DNA of 64,000 bases from Cyclobacteriaceae bacterium (GCA_050306095.1 JBNLGO010000004.1:14-64013), one strand, 5' to 3'. Numbered from the stretch's first letter, positions 38,642-49,358 are shown. Notes: generated by a model not told the origin, from the sequence alone. Translations and numbers: made by a program.

Positions 38642-39910
38642 TTAGTTAAACTTCCTTTGTTTTCTGTACCAACCATAAGACTGATCATTAAAACTAATTC
38701 CCAGGCTTATCTTGTAATAGTTTTCTTTTATTAAGTTATTTTTTGTTGTTCCGAGTTGCCCCGTTGTGAACCCAAGGTTTACCGTTGAACCATTGGCGAA
38801 CGGCAAAGATACTCCAAAATTAATACCAAAATTAAAAATATCCTCATTTTCAAAGGAAAGAGGTGTTTTTGTGTAGTTTGCTCCTGCTAAAAAAGTAATT
38901 CTTTTCCAGTAAGAATTGACAGAGAAAAAGTCAGGTGTGTATTCTCCACCAATTATCCATTTATAAGATTTCTGTAGCCCTTCATTAGAGTCACTAAAAT
39001 TTCGATAATCCGACCAGTTTTGCATATAATAATCAATCCCTACACCCCAATTGTACTCTTTGTAAAAACTGATGCCCATGCCAAGCTTCTGTGGCAAAGT
39101 GAATTTTCCTTTTACATCTAATAGTAGCTCCAATGAATCTGACAATTCAATGTCTGGATTATTTCCAAACCATTCTGAACGTACAGCATTGAGATTGGAA
39201 CTGAGCTCATAAACTGCACCGATACTCAAAAACTTATCATCATCTTTAATCGGCTTGACAAATGCTGCTCCTACACCAAATTGAAATCCATTCAATTTTT
39301 CAGAAATGAAATAGGATGAGGTATAGTTATTGGCAAACTCAGTTTCAGGCTGGATAACAGATTGCTGGGTTTTTCTGCCAAAAATATAAGAGGCTTTTAC
39401 CCCCACGTATAATGGTTTTAAAACTCTATAGCCTGTTTGTAAATAAACCTGATTTAACCCACCATCACCCTGGTAATTATAAAATGCTTGCGTGGTATCA
39501 TTAAAAATCCCCCCGATAGAGCTTATATTATATTTTATAATACTGTAAGGCCTTAACCCTAATGATAATGAAGCTTTTCCTGGTTTAAGTGGAACCGCCA
39601 AAGAAATGTAAGTCAATCCACCACCCTTCGCCTCGTCTTTTAAGGGGCCAGCTGATATTGTTTTACTTTCATATTGAACCCCAAAATCAAAAATGGTAAA
39701 AGTATTCATGGGGAGTAAAGCGGGATTGATATTATTGATGATATAAGATTTCCCACTGCTAATGCCCTGGCCTCCTTTCATTGTATTAAAAGTTACACCA
39801 TCATTAGTTAATGCCCCAACGCCAAAAATTGAATAAGGTGAACCACTTTGCTGTGCAAATGCAGAAAACGCCCCCAAACAAAAAATCAAGATACTACTGT
39901 AAAGCTTCAA
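38642..39910 (-). CDS. Putative outer-membrane beta-barrel protein
   Basis: 422 aa with a signal peptide (MKLYSSILIFCLGAFSAFAQQ) and an N-terminal SPYSIFGVG motif. The sequence has an alternating aromatic/Gly beta-strand composition and a C-terminal aromatic residue near the end (..RKFN). The start is a TTG. The function is not recognised. Confidence 0.5.
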   Translation of the reverse strand: MKLYSSILIFCLGAFSAFAQQSGSPYSIFGVGALTNDGVTFNTMKGGQGISSGKSYIINNINPALLPMNTFTIFDFGVQYESKTISAGPLKDEAKGGGLTYISLAVPLKPGKASLSLGLRPYSIIKYNISSIGGIFNDTTQAFYNYQGDGGLNQVYLQTGYRVLKPLYVGVKASYIFGRKTQQSVIQPETEFANNYTSSYFISEKLNGFQFGVGAAFVKPIKDDDKFLSIGAVYELSSNLNAVRSEWFGNNPDIELSDSLELLLDVKGKFTLPQKLGMGISFYKEYNWGVGIDYYMQNWSDYRNFSDSNEGLQKSYKWIIGGEYTPDFFSVNSYWKRITFLAGANYTKTPLSFENEDIFNFGINFGVSLPFANGSTVNLGFTTGQLGTTKNNLIKENYYKISLGISFNDQSYGWYRKQRKFN

Positions 39911-40637
39911 ATTTATCTATGTTATAAAGTAAAATTCTGTTTAATCCTATCAGCACAAAATTTGCGACTGCAAAGATGTGACCTTTTAATTTAGATTCAA
40001 AAAAATTGGAATCACCCCCGCACAAAATCACCCTCACATCCTTATATTTTAATTGATATTGCTCAATTACACCCTTAACTTCTTCTGTCACTCCATTAAT
40101 CACCCCCGATTCAATTGACCCTTTTGTTGATGCTCCTATTAAAGGTGCCTTGTTAATCTTTTGAACTAACGGCAATTTTGATGTAAAATGATTTAATGAT
40201 TGAAACCGCATATCTACTCCAGGTGAAATACCACCACCCCAATAGGTATTCTGTTGATCAATGAAATCGTAAGTAATACAAGTACCCGCATCAATAACCA
40301 GGCAATTTTCTCCGTGATATAAGTCACTTGCTGCGGCTATAACAGCCATTCTGTCTGACCCAAGCGTTTGAGGAGTTTGGTATTTATTTTTAAATGGAAC
40401 TGGCATTTCACTTGTCAACCGGGCAACCTTAATTGTAGGGGAGAGCTTTTTTATTAACTTTTTGTTTTTTCGCACTACACTACTTATTAACACGTATTCG
40501 GGTGAAAACCCTAAAACAAATGAGATGACATCTTTCCTTTTTTCGTATTCCACCACATCCATTAAGTCCTTCCCTTCAAATACTCCGATTTTGAAGGAAG
40601 AATTTCCCTGGTCGATAACGATATTTTTCATTTGCAT
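39894..40637 (-). CDS. coaX: Type III pantothenate kinase
   Basis: 247 aa with VIDQGNSSFK (the DxGNT/S motif), GSDR and VIDAGTCITYD. Confidence 0.9.
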   Translation of the reverse strand: MQMKNIVIDQGNSSFKIGVFEGKDLMDVVEYEKRKDVISFVLGFSPEYVLISSVVRKNKKLIKKLSPTIKVARLTSEMPVPFKNKYQTPQTLGSDRMAVIAAASDLYHGENCLVIDAGTCITYDFIDQQNTYWGGGISPGVDMRFQSLNHFTSKLPLVQKINKAPLIGASTKGSIESGVINGVTEEVKGVIEQYQLKYKDVRVILCGGDSNFFESKLKGHIFAVANFVLIGLNRILLYNIDKFEALQ

Positions 40638-40719
40638 AGCAAAAACCGCGTAAAAATATAAAATTGTATGATTGTTTATAAACCCCGTTACATCTCAATT
40701 ATTAAAATTTGTTAAATCA

Positions 40720-41817
40720 TTGACAACAGAAGAAAAAACCTACCACCTGATCGGACTTATGTCGGGCACATCTTTAGATGGTCTTGATATAGTGTACAGT
40801 ACTTTTCTATTTAAAAACTCAACATGGCATTTTCAAATCAAATCAGCTACTACAGTTGATTTTCCTGATTATTTATCCAAGAAGCTGAAAAATGCTATCT
40901 CGTATTCAGGGGTACAGTTATCTCTATTAGATGTGGAACTTGGTGAATGGATCGGAAAAAAAGTTGCTGCATTTATAGATATAGAAAAAATTGAGGTGGA
41001 CTTAATTGCTTCTCATGGTCATACCATTTTTCATCAGCCTGACAAAGGGCTCACTTACCAAATCGGAAACCTAACTGCTATATACAAGGAGACTAATATA
41101 CCCGTTATTGGTGACTTCAGGACCTTGGATGTGACATTAGGAGGACAGGGCGCCCCACTTGTACCAATAGGCGATCAATATTTATTCAGCGAATTTGATT
41201 ATTGCTTAAATCTCGGGGGTATATCAAATATTTCTTTTCAACAACATTCCAAAAGGGTGGCATATGATATTTGTCCTGTCAATATCGTTCTCAACCACCT
41301 TGCAAATCTTCAAGGACTACCTTTTGATAAAGATGGTCAAATTGCTGCCCAGGGGATTATTGACCATTCGCTTTTGAATCAACTTAACAACCTTGATTTT
41401 TATCAAGATTTCAAACCCAAATCGTTAGGGATTGAATGGATTAATGAGAAAATTTTTCCCGTATTAAATTCATCTGATATCAGTATTGAAAATAAATTAC
41501 ATACCTTCTGTCACCACATCGGAATCCAATTAAACCGATCGATAGAAAATACATATAATGATACTGGCTCAAAAAAATTGTTAATCTCGGGCGGAGGTGC
41601 TTTTAATAGTTTTCTTATTGAAACAATTAAATCGCACATAGCAAATCACATAAACTGTATAGTACCTGATAAAGAAATTGTAGCATACAAAGAAGCATTA
41701 ATCTTTGGATTAATGGGTTTATTAAGGTGGAAAAACCAGGTAAATGTCTTATCAAGTGTTACCGGGGCTGCCTATGATTCTTCATCAGGAATAATTGTTG
41801 ACAATCTTCTCATTTAA
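40720..41817 (+). CDS. anmK: Anhydro-N-acetylmuramic acid kinase
   Basis: Contains GLMSGTSLDGLDIV, DV(T)LGGQGAPLVP and GGGAFN motifs. The track start at 40672 is a TTG that leaves only 34 nt to the divergent coaX. A TTG at 40720 gives the usual ~11 residues before GLMSGTS. The true start is uncertain. Confidence 0.88.
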   Translation: MTTEEKTYHLIGLMSGTSLDGLDIVYSTFLFKNSTWHFQIKSATTVDFPDYLSKKLKNAISYSGVQLSLLDVELGEWIGKKVAAFIDIEKIEVDLIASHGHTIFHQPDKGLTYQIGNLTAIYKETNIPVIGDFRTLDVTLGGQGAPLVPIGDQYLFSEFDYCLNLGGISNISFQQHSKRVAYDICPVNIVLNHLANLQGLPFDKDGQIAAQGIIDHSLLNQLNNLDFYQDFKPKSLGIEWINEKIFPVLNSSDISIENKLHTFCHHIGIQLNRSIENTYNDTGSKKLLISGGGAFNSFLIETIKSHIANHINCIVPDKEIVAYKEALIFGLMGLLRWKNQVNVLSSVTGAAYDSSSGIIVDNLLI

Positions 41818-41958
41818 ACGGTTATTAACCAGAGATTAATTATGAGACAATTGTCATATTTTAACTTCATTTCTCAACCATACTATTTGTAATTACTTTT
41901 ATTTTTCTCATTTTTAGCCCCCGATTAGAGGCCTTATACGAGGGATAGTTGACAATTC

Positions 41959-43470
41959 ATGAGACACATTAAACGTTTAATTTTTTGCTTGCTGATAGTT
42001 TTCTCAGTTGCATTTCATGCCGAAGCAAATTCGGAAAACACAGTTTTATCTTCTTCTGACAAAGAACTTGTTGATGATCATACTACTGAATCATCAATGG
42101 AAGAAGGGCATGAAAAAGCATCTGATGAATCACATCACCACACCCCTGGATGGGCAGTTATTCCCTTTGTCCTTTTGTTATTAATGATTGCCACTGGCCC
42201 TTTGTTTTATGAACACTTCTGGCATAAAAACTACCCTAAAATTGCTGTTATTCTAGCAGTACTCGTAGTTTCATATTACTTGTTTGGATTAGGTAATTTT
42301 CATGCGCCGGTGCATGCAGGCTTTGAATATGTACAGTTTATTGCTCTGCTCACAGGTCTGTTTATTGCTTCTGGTGGAATTATGATTAATGTGAGCAAGA
42401 GAGCCACCCCCTTGACAAATGCCTCCATTCTGTTATTAGGTGCGGTCTTTGCCAATATCATTGGTACTACAGGAGCCTCTATGCTTTTAATCAGGCCTTT
42501 TATCCGGTTAAACAAGGATCGAATAAAAGCGTATCATATTATCTTTTTTATTTTTATCGTCAGTAATGTAGGTGGTTCATTGACGCCCATTGGTGATCCG
42601 CCATTATTCCTGGGTTTTCTTAAAGGTGTTCCATTTTTCTGGACCCTTACTCACAATTTTGTTCCCTGGTTAACAGGTGTTTTAATGTTGACTGGTTTTT
42701 TCTATTGGTATGATAGTAGAAACAAAGAGGAGCCAGAAACATTACTGGACGGAGAAAATTCTATCTCAGGGAAAGTTACCATTGGAGGAAGTAAGAATTT
42801 TATTTGGCTCGGGTTAGTAGTCGGTGCAGTATTTTTAGATCCGAATGTATTAGATTGGGTCCCTGCTATTCATTACGACGGTCAAAAATTCTCATTTTTA
42901 AGAGAAATAATTATGCTAACGGTAGCTTATCTTTCCTATCGATTTGCTGATAAAGAGGCTTTAAAAACCAACGAATTTAATTTTGAACCTATTCGCGAAG
43001 TAGCTTTTATTTTTATCGGAATATTTGCTACTATGATGCCTGCATTAGAGTTAGTAGGAAATTTTGCTCAATCACCTGCCGGAGCGAAATTGATTACTCA
43101 TAATACCCTATATTGGGGCACAGGACTTCTTTCAGGTTTTTTGGATAATGCTCCAACTTATCTGAATTTTCTAGCAGCAGGAATGGCTTCTGAAAGCGCT
43201 AATATTAATAGCATTGCAGAGGTTACCGCATTTGCAAATGGAAATGGATTTGAGGATTCCATTTTGATGTTAAAAGCCATTTCGGTGGCAGCAGTATTCT
43301 TTGGAGCATTTACTTATATAGGTAATGGGCCAAACTTTATGGTGAAATCAATAGCAGAACAAATAGGTATTAAAATGCCTTCCTTCTTTGGCTATATTGT
43401 TCGATATTCTATCCCAATTTTAGTTCCCTTATTTGTGATCACCTGGTTGATCTATTTTGCTTTTGCATAA
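41959..43470 (+). CDS. Sodium:proton antiporter / ArsB-NhaD-type ion transporter superfamily permease
   Basis: 503 aa with a signal-like N-terminus followed by 10 or more TM helices. It carries the GGSLTPIGDPPLFLGF and FLDNAPTYL motifs typical of this family. Confidence 0.7.
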   Translation: MRHIKRLIFCLLIVFSVAFHAEANSENTVLSSSDKELVDDHTTESSMEEGHEKASDESHHHTPGWAVIPFVLLLLMIATGPLFYEHFWHKNYPKIAVILAVLVVSYYLFGLGNFHAPVHAGFEYVQFIALLTGLFIASGGIMINVSKRATPLTNASILLLGAVFANIIGTTGASMLLIRPFIRLNKDRIKAYHIIFFIFIVSNVGGSLTPIGDPPLFLGFLKGVPFFWTLTHNFVPWLTGVLMLTGFFYWYDSRNKEEPETLLDGENSISGKVTIGGSKNFIWLGLVVGAVFLDPNVLDWVPAIHYDGQKFSFLREIIMLTVAYLSYRFADKEALKTNEFNFEPIREVAFIFIGIFATMMPALELVGNFAQSPAGAKLITHNTLYWGTGLLSGFLDNAPTYLNFLAAGMASESANINSIAEVTAFANGNGFEDSILMLKAISVAAVFFGAFTYIGNGPNFMVKSIAEQIGIKMPSFFGYIVRYSIPILVPLFVITWLIYFAFA

Positions 43471-43473
43471 AAA

Positions 43474-43496
43474 AACCCGGAAGAGTATTCCGGGTT
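43474..43496. terminator. Bidirectional rho-independent terminator between convergent genes
   Basis: AACCCGGAA-GAGTA-TTCCGGGTT is flanked by an A-run upstream and a T-rich tract downstream. Confidence 0.65.
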
Positions 43497-43548
43497 AGAT
43501 GTATTTTTTAAGGAATTAACCATCACAATGATGGACATTTAATTTCAC

Positions 43549-44517
43549 TTACATTAATTGAGTTTTGATTTTATCCCATCGGGCATCATCCATTGTAGCA
43601 CCAATAACTTCCACTACATTGCCACCCAATATTCCGCCGGTAGTCCCGCATTTGTCTAAAGGTTGGTCATTGATTAACCCATAGATAAAGCCCGCTGCAT
43701 ACAGGTCGCCTGCTCCGGTTGTATCAATACAATTAGCAAGAATAGCACTCGACTTATAATTTTTTCCTTTAGATTTAATAAGAGATCCATTTTCTCCAAT
43801 TTTAACCACTGCGATATCTACAATTTCAGCAATTGCTTCTAATGCATCTTCGGGTTCCTTACCGGTAAATGCTTTAGCTTCTTCTTCATTCGCAAAAAGG
43901 ATATCTACGTATTTCTCTACCATTTCCTTAAGAAAATCAAGATTTGCCTCCACTACATTATAGCTGGCCATATCCAGAGAAACTTGCAATCCATTTTCTT
44001 TTGCTAACTCTAATGCTCGTTTTATTAAATCATGGTTAAACACCAAATAACCCTCGATATGAAGTACGTCATACCCTTTAAATATTTCCGGTGTTAAATC
44101 ATCTGCACCTAGCTCTACCGCTGCACCTAAAAAGGTACCAAATGTTCGCTCACCATCCCGGCTGATAAACGTATTTGCCCTGCCCGTATCAACTGTGCCA
44201 TTATAAAGCAATGTCTGAATGTTGTTTTTTTCAAGGTTTTGACGGAACAGTTTTCCAAATTGATCATTACCTATTTTACCTATATAACCACAATCAACAC
44301 CTAACTTGGCAAGACCATTAATTGTATTTGCAGCAGAACCACCAGAAGCAATTTCTTTTGAAAATTTCTGTGTAATTCTTTCAATTTCCATCGCTGCTTC
44401 CTGATCAACTAACTGCATACTTCCTTTGGGTAGTTTGAGTTCTGTCAATATCTGGTCATTGCCAATTTGCATTAAAATATCAACCAATGCATTTCCGATG
44501 CTTAATACTTTTTTCAT
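43549..44517 (-). CDS. PfkB-family carbohydrate/nucleoside kinase (adenosine kinase-like)
   Basis: 322 aa with GGSAANT and the C-terminal TGAGD motif (DTTGAGDLYAAGF). Confidence 0.85.
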   Translation of the reverse strand: MKKVLSIGNALVDILMQIGNDQILTELKLPKGSMQLVDQEAAMEIERITQKFSKEIASGGSAANTINGLAKLGVDCGYIGKIGNDQFGKLFRQNLEKNNIQTLLYNGTVDTGRANTFISRDGERTFGTFLGAAVELGADDLTPEIFKGYDVLHIEGYLVFNHDLIKRALELAKENGLQVSLDMASYNVVEANLDFLKEMVEKYVDILFANEEEAKAFTGKEPEDALEAIAEIVDIAVVKIGENGSLIKSKGKNYKSSAILANCIDTTGAGDLYAAGFIYGLINDQPLDKCGTTGGILGGNVVEVIGATMDDARWDKIKTQLM

Positions 44518-44634
44518 TTATTACTGAATGTTTGTTGTAAAAGATATACTTCGTAGGGTTATAAATTCAATGGACTATGAGGTTAAATAAATTAAACCTG
44601 CCTGCAAAAGTAAGGAAATATTTAAAGTGAGAAA

Positions 44635-45528
44635 CTATTGGTTCATTTTGTCTGGAAATACCTCTTTAAACCGGTCCGGATAATCAGTGATAAGGCCATC
44701 AACTCCCCATTTTACCAATTTCTTCATGTCATCCTTTTCATTTACTGTCCAGGGAATCACCTTTACTCCCATATCAAAAAGCTCTATAATCTTCTTCTTA
44801 TTTAGTAATTTAAAATCAGGACTGTAAATATGAGGATTGAATCCTAACTCTTTAATTGCTTTGGTAGGTGAGGAAATGTTTTCTTCTAGTAATGCCAAGG
44901 TAAATTGAGGATAGCTAATCTTCCAATATTGTAATATCTGGTGATCAAAAGATTGGATGGTAATACGTGTGACGGGTAGATCTTTTATAACCTGGTAAAC
45001 TAAATCGCTAAATTCTTTTGGGTTAGGTTGCGAAACCCCATATTCCTCTTCCTGGCTTTTTATTTCAATATTAAAATTGACCGATCTGAGATTGTTCTTT
45101 TCACAATACTCATCTGCTAGTTTAATTACCTGGGAGAGAAGAGGTTTATACGTTTTTATTTTCTTTTGGCTTGGAAAACGATCATATTCCTTGGATCCAC
45201 AATCGTAATTTTTCACCTCAGCATATTCCAATTGGTAAATGTTGAATGATTTTGATTGCTCTGGGGAGATTTCTTTCCCTTCAGGACCAAGGCAAATATC
45301 CGGATTAAAATAGGGCTCATGAGACACCACCACCTGGTGGTCTTTTGATATAACTACATCAAGTTCCAGGGTAGTTACACCCAATTCCAACGCTTTCTCA
45401 AATGCTTCAATGGAGTTTTCAGGCATCAAACCACGACATCCTCTATGACCTTGTATATCGAAATTTTGCGCCATACTTCCAAAAGAAATAAAATAGATGA
45501 GCAATAATTTTAATTTCAATAGATTCAT
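44635..45528 (-). CDS. Glycerophosphodiester phosphodiesterase family protein
   Basis: 297 aa with a signal peptide and the GDPD motif (QGHRGCRGLMPENS...ELDV). Confidence 0.85.
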   Translation of the reverse strand: MNLLKLKLLLIYFISFGSMAQNFDIQGHRGCRGLMPENSIEAFEKALELGVTTLELDVVISKDHQVVVSHEPYFNPDICLGPEGKEISPEQSKSFNIYQLEYAEVKNYDCGSKEYDRFPSQKKIKTYKPLLSQVIKLADEYCEKNNLRSVNFNIEIKSQEEEYGVSQPNPKEFSDLVYQVIKDLPVTRITIQSFDHQILQYWKISYPQFTLALLEENISSPTKAIKELGFNPHIYSPDFKLLNKKKIIELFDMGVKVIPWTVNEKDDMKKLVKWGVDGLITDYPDRFKEVFPDKMNQ

Positions 45529-45574
45529 TGCTTTAATCTAATTGAAAATTTTGGCAATTGCAGAAAAGGGAAAT

Positions 45575-45606
45575 AAAAAAGCAAGCCTCAATATTGAGCT
45601 TGCTTT
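45575..45606 (-). terminator. Rho-independent terminator of lysC
   Basis: On the minus strand, AAGCAAGCUCAAU-AUUGAGGCUUGCUU (one bulge) is followed by UUUUUAUUU. It starts 7 nt after the lysC stop. Confidence 0.65.
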
Positions 45607-45612
45607 CCTATG

Positions 45613-46932
45613 TTAAAGGTTGAATACTCCTTTATTTAATGATTGCAGGGCTTCCTGCTTATATTGTGTATCAATCAATACAGAAATATTGTACATACTC
45701 CCTCCGTATGAGATCATTCTTACAGGAATTTTTTCTAACGAATCAAATATGTTTCTAACAAGCCCTTTTTGATCTGCGATTTTATTCCCAACAATACATA
45801 CAATGGTTTGATTTTTATCAACTGTCACCTGGCCAAATTGGGAAATTTCCTCCACAATTTTATCCAAATTGGTATCATTATCGATCGTCAAAGAAACCGC
45901 TACCTCAGAGGTAGTGATCATATCAATAGGTGTCTTGTATTTATCAAATACCTGGAAGACTTTGGTTAAAAAACCATATGCCAGGAGCATTCTTGTTGAT
46001 TTGATTTTGATTGCGGTGATATCATCTTTAGCAGCTATCGCTTTGGCGTGTTTCGTCTTTTCTTCTGAGCTGATCCGCGTACCATGTGCTTTTGGGTCCA
46101 TAGTGTTTTTCAATTGTACCGGCACATCATATTGTAATACAGGTAAAATAGAAGATGGATGCAAAATCTTCGCACCAAAATATGCAAGCTCAGATGCTTC
46201 ATGAAATGATAACTCTGCAATCGGATACGTTTTATCTACCACTCGGGGATCATTATTGTGCATCCCATCAATATCTGTCCATATCTCCACAAGTTCGGCT
46301 TCAATGGCTGCACCTACTATGGTAGCTGTGTAGTCACTGCCACCTCTCTTCAGGTTGTCAATTTCCTTAATGGCATTTAGACAGATATAGCCTTGAGTGA
46401 TGTATATATCGGCGTCATTATTCTTTTCCAGTAGCTGCTTAATGTTTTTCTGAATATATGTCATATCCGGCTCATCATTTTCGTTGATGGCCATATATTC
46501 TAATGCCGGAAGCAATACGGCATTTACACCTTGCTCCAAAAGGTATTGATGGAACATCTTAGTGGACATCAATTCTCCTTGAGCAAGCAATTCTTTATTG
46601 AAAACGCCAGAAAAATCCTGGCCCAGAAGAGACCTGATGAAGCCAAAATGTTCATCTACAGCTTCCTTAATGTTAGCTCGAAACTCCTCCTTTTGGACCA
46701 ACTCAGGAATAAATTCCAAATAATGTTGGTAAAGCTCTTCGATCACTTCGCCTGCCTGATCTTTATTTTTATCTTGAAGAAGCTCACCTATTTTAACTAA
46801 AGTATTGGTTGTGCCGGAAAGTGCTGAAAGCACAACGATTTTTTGAGTAGTGTCACTGTTAATAATGGAAGCTACCTGATGCATGCGTTCAGGCTTACCC
46901 ACAGATGTACCTCCAAATTTTAAAACTTTCAT
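45613..46932 (-). CDS. lysC: Aspartate kinase
   Basis: 439 aa with MKVLKFGGTSVG, GGSDYTA and TDIDGMHNNDPR, plus C-terminal ACT-like repeats. Confidence 0.93.
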   Translation of the reverse strand: MKVLKFGGTSVGKPERMHQVASIINSDTTQKIVVLSALSGTTNTLVKIGELLQDKNKDQAGEVIEELYQHYLEFIPELVQKEEFRANIKEAVDEHFGFIRSLLGQDFSGVFNKELLAQGELMSTKMFHQYLLEQGVNAVLLPALEYMAINENDEPDMTYIQKNIKQLLEKNNDADIYITQGYICLNAIKEIDNLKRGGSDYTATIVGAAIEAELVEIWTDIDGMHNNDPRVVDKTYPIAELSFHEASELAYFGAKILHPSSILPVLQYDVPVQLKNTMDPKAHGTRISSEEKTKHAKAIAAKDDITAIKIKSTRMLLAYGFLTKVFQVFDKYKTPIDMITTSEVAVSLTIDNDTNLDKIVEEISQFGQVTVDKNQTIVCIVGNKIADQKGLVRNIFDSLEKIPVRMISYGGSMYNISVLIDTQYKQEALQSLNKGVFNL

Positions 46933-46950
46933 TTATCTATTCTTAAAAAA

Positions 46951-47427
46951 TTAAAATCCTAACATTTTTACCGCGGTTACGGCTGCCTCGTCTCCCTTAT
47001 TCCCATGTTTTCCTCCAGCTCTATCTAGAGCTTGCTGCCTGTTTAAAGTGGTCAATACCCCGAAGATCACAGGCTTATCATATTTAAGACCTACATTGGT
47101 AATGCCATTAGCCACTGCCTGGCATATATAATCAAAATGTGGAGTTTCCCCCTGTATCACACATCCCAGGCAAATTACAGCATCGATTTCATTAGACTTG
47201 GCGAGCATTTGCCCTCCTAATGATAGCTCGAAACTACCCGGCACATACTTTTTTATGATGTTTTCACTTTTTGCCCCAAGGCTTATCAAGGTTTCATATG
47301 CTCCTGAATATAATGATTCGGTGATTTCATCATTCCATTCAGAAACTACGATTCCAAACTTCTTTTCTGCTACCGAATCGAGATTGGTACTGGAAAATGT
47401 GCTTAAGTTTTTAGATGAGGTTGCCAT
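46951..47427 (-). CDS. ribH: 6,7-dimethyl-8-ribityllumazine synthase
   Basis: 158 aa with VPGSFELS, the GCVIQGETPHFDYIC-type motif and GNKGDEAA. Confidence 0.95.
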   Translation of the reverse strand: MATSSKNLSTFSSTNLDSVAEKKFGIVVSEWNDEITESLYSGAYETLISLGAKSENIIKKYVPGSFELSLGGQMLAKSNEIDAVICLGCVIQGETPHFDYICQAVANGITNVGLKYDKPVIFGVLTTLNRQQALDRAGGKHGNKGDEAAVTAVKMLGF

Positions 47428-47444
47428 AATTTTTATATATAAAA

Positions 47445-47475
47445 AAAGGGATAAAGCTTTCTGGCTATTATCCCT
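47445..47475 (-). terminator. Rho-independent terminator-like hairpin upstream of ribH
   Basis: AAGGGATAA / TTATCCCTT is a 9-bp stem with a 13-nt loop. On the minus strand it is followed by UUUUUUAUAUAUA. Confidence 0.6.
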
Positions 47476-47500
47476 TCTTCGCTTTATGTTATTAAATTCT

Positions 47501-48208
47501 TTATCCTTTCTTCTTCATTTCCAATCTAGCCTTTTGCTTCAGGGCATTAGGGTATTCTGCAGAATCCTTGTGCTCTTTGATGATGGTTTCATACGTACTG
47601 ATTGCACTTTCTACATCACCTGATTTTTCATAAGCAATAGCCGCTTTAGAAAGATAAATTGGAGTGGTATAATCATTTGGCTTATAATTAGCCGCCTTTT
47701 CATAATGTTTAATAGCCTCGTCATATTTTTCCAATTCCATATTAGCATCTCCAATCAAACTATAAGATCGTGGAGTAACTAATAGGTCTTCACCTTCAAA
47801 ATGGTTTAAATATTCAATTGCCAATTCATACTCTCCCTTTTTAAGGTAGATAACCCCAGCGTAAAAGTTTGATAGATTAGCAGATTTACTCATTGGATAT
47901 TCATTGATGATATCCAGGAAACCGAAGTTGTTTCCATCCCCAAGAAGGGCTTTGTCGAGACTATCTTGCTCAAAATAATATTGCGCTTGAAAAATATCTA
48001 CAAGCGCCTGCTCATTTTGGGAAGTTTTATAATAATCAAAAATAAAGAAGGCCGCTAAAATGACAGCAACTGCGCCACCAATGATAAACACCATCTTCCT
48101 ATTTTTTTCTAAAAATTGCTCCCCTTTGATTACCTGTTCAGCAATCGCCTCCGAACTTTCAAGAAGTTCGTTTCCACTTTCTTGTGTCTTTTTACTTTTT
48201 GTTGCCAT
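47501..48208 (-). CDS. Membrane-anchored tetratricopeptide repeat protein (YfgM-like)
   Basis: 235 aa with a single TM (VFIIGGAVAVILAAFFIF) followed by TPR-like repeats (AGVIYLKKGEYELAIEYL, AIKHYEKAANYKPND). Confidence 0.6.
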   Translation of the reverse strand: MATKSKKTQESGNELLESSEAIAEQVIKGEQFLEKNRKMVFIIGGAVAVILAAFFIFDYYKTSQNEQALVDIFQAQYYFEQDSLDKALLGDGNNFGFLDIINEYPMSKSANLSNFYAGVIYLKKGEYELAIEYLNHFEGEDLLVTPRSYSLIGDANMELEKYDEAIKHYEKAANYKPNDYTTPIYLSKAAIAYEKSGDVESAISTYETIIKEHKDSAEYPNALKQKARLEMKKKG

Positions 48209-48263
48209 TATGCTTGAAAAAATTCAGGGTGCAAAAATAGTATTTTATCTGAAAAACCATTGA

Positions 48264-49295
48264 TTATTCCTTAAGAAATGGGTAGTCTGCCTCTGCATAA
48301 ACATCTTTATACAGTTCTGATGGATCCGGAAATGGAGATTCTTCTGCAAATTTCACAGATTCTGCAACGGTTTCCTTTATTTTATCTTCCACTTTTTTCA
48401 GATCTTCCTCTGTAGCAAATTTTTGTTTCAAAATGGTTGACTTCACCTGCTCCAATGGATCTTGCTTCTTGTAATCAGCTACTTCTTCTTTGGTTCTGTA
48501 TTTAGCGGGGTCAGACATAGAGTGACCTTTGTATCGATAGGTTCTAAATTCTAATAGCGATGGTCCTTCTCCTGCACGAGCTCTTTCTGCTGCTTCCGCC
48601 ACAGCCTTATGAACTTCTTCTACTTTCATTGCATCTACTGCTTTTGAAGGCATATAGTATGCATCACCTAATTTATACAGGTCATGAACATTAGAAGTTC
48701 TCTTCACACTGGTACCCATGGCATAACCATTGTTCTCGATGACAAAAATTACAGGTAGGCTATAGTGCATTGCCAGGTTTAGTGCTTCGTGAAAAGCTCC
48801 CTGACGTACAGCTCCATCACCCATGTAGGTCATGCATAAATTGCCGGTTTTGTTATATTGCTCTGAAAATGCAATTCCAACACCAAGTGGTACCTGCGCA
48901 CCTACAATTCCATGACCACCGAAAAAACCATTTTCCTTATCAAACATGTGCATGGATCCACCTTTACCTTTCGAAATACCGGTAGCTTTTCCGTAAAGTT
49001 CAGCCATGATAGCTTTAGGATCAGATCCCAAAACCAATGGGTGTGCGTGGTCTCTATATGCTGTTATATATTTATCACCTTTTTTTAATGCAGATACACT
49101 TCCTGCTGCACAGGCTTCCTGCCCAATATATAAATGACAAAATCCTCTTATTTTTTGTTGGCCGTACATTTGTCCTGCCTTCTCTTCAAATCTTCTCATC
49201 AAAAGGATATCTTCATACCATTTAAGATAAGTTTCCTTTGAGAATTCCACCTTTGTGGAAGTTTTTTTCTTTTTATTTTGAGTTGTACTTGCCAT
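48264..49295 (-). CDS. pdhA: Pyruvate dehydrogenase (acetyl-transferring) E1 component subunit alpha
   Basis: 343 aa with the TPP-binding GDGA...NN region (YMGDGAVRQGAFHEALNLAMHYSLPVIFVIENNGYAMGT) and YRYKGHSMSDP. Confidence 0.92.
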   Translation of the reverse strand: MASTTQNKKKKTSTKVEFSKETYLKWYEDILLMRRFEEKAGQMYGQQKIRGFCHLYIGQEACAAGSVSALKKGDKYITAYRDHAHPLVLGSDPKAIMAELYGKATGISKGKGGSMHMFDKENGFFGGHGIVGAQVPLGVGIAFSEQYNKTGNLCMTYMGDGAVRQGAFHEALNLAMHYSLPVIFVIENNGYAMGTSVKRTSNVHDLYKLGDAYYMPSKAVDAMKVEEVHKAVAEAAERARAGEGPSLLEFRTYRYKGHSMSDPAKYRTKEEVADYKKQDPLEQVKSTILKQKFATEEDLKKVEDKIKETVAESVKFAEESPFPDPSELYKDVYAEADYPFLKE

Positions 49296-49334
49296 AAAAG
49301 AAATCTTAATAATTATTTTGTGATCCGTAAAAAG

Positions 49335-49358
49335 AAACCCAGGGAACGAGCTGGGTTT
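49335..49358. other. Terminator-like hairpin inside the divergent pdhA/recF promoter region
   Basis: AAACCCAG-GGAACGAG-CTGGGTTT is flanked by an A-run on the left and TTAATTT on the right. Confidence 0.3.

Noticed and set aside
46933-47500. Expected FMN riboswitch upstream of ribH, or a lysine leader upstream of lysC. Similarly, a preQ1 element upstream of queE.
   Set aside because: The available non-coding space is too small: 73 nt before ribH, mostly occupied by a terminator hairpin, then 18 nt before lysC and 7 nt before queE. No conserved riboswitch core sequences were seen.
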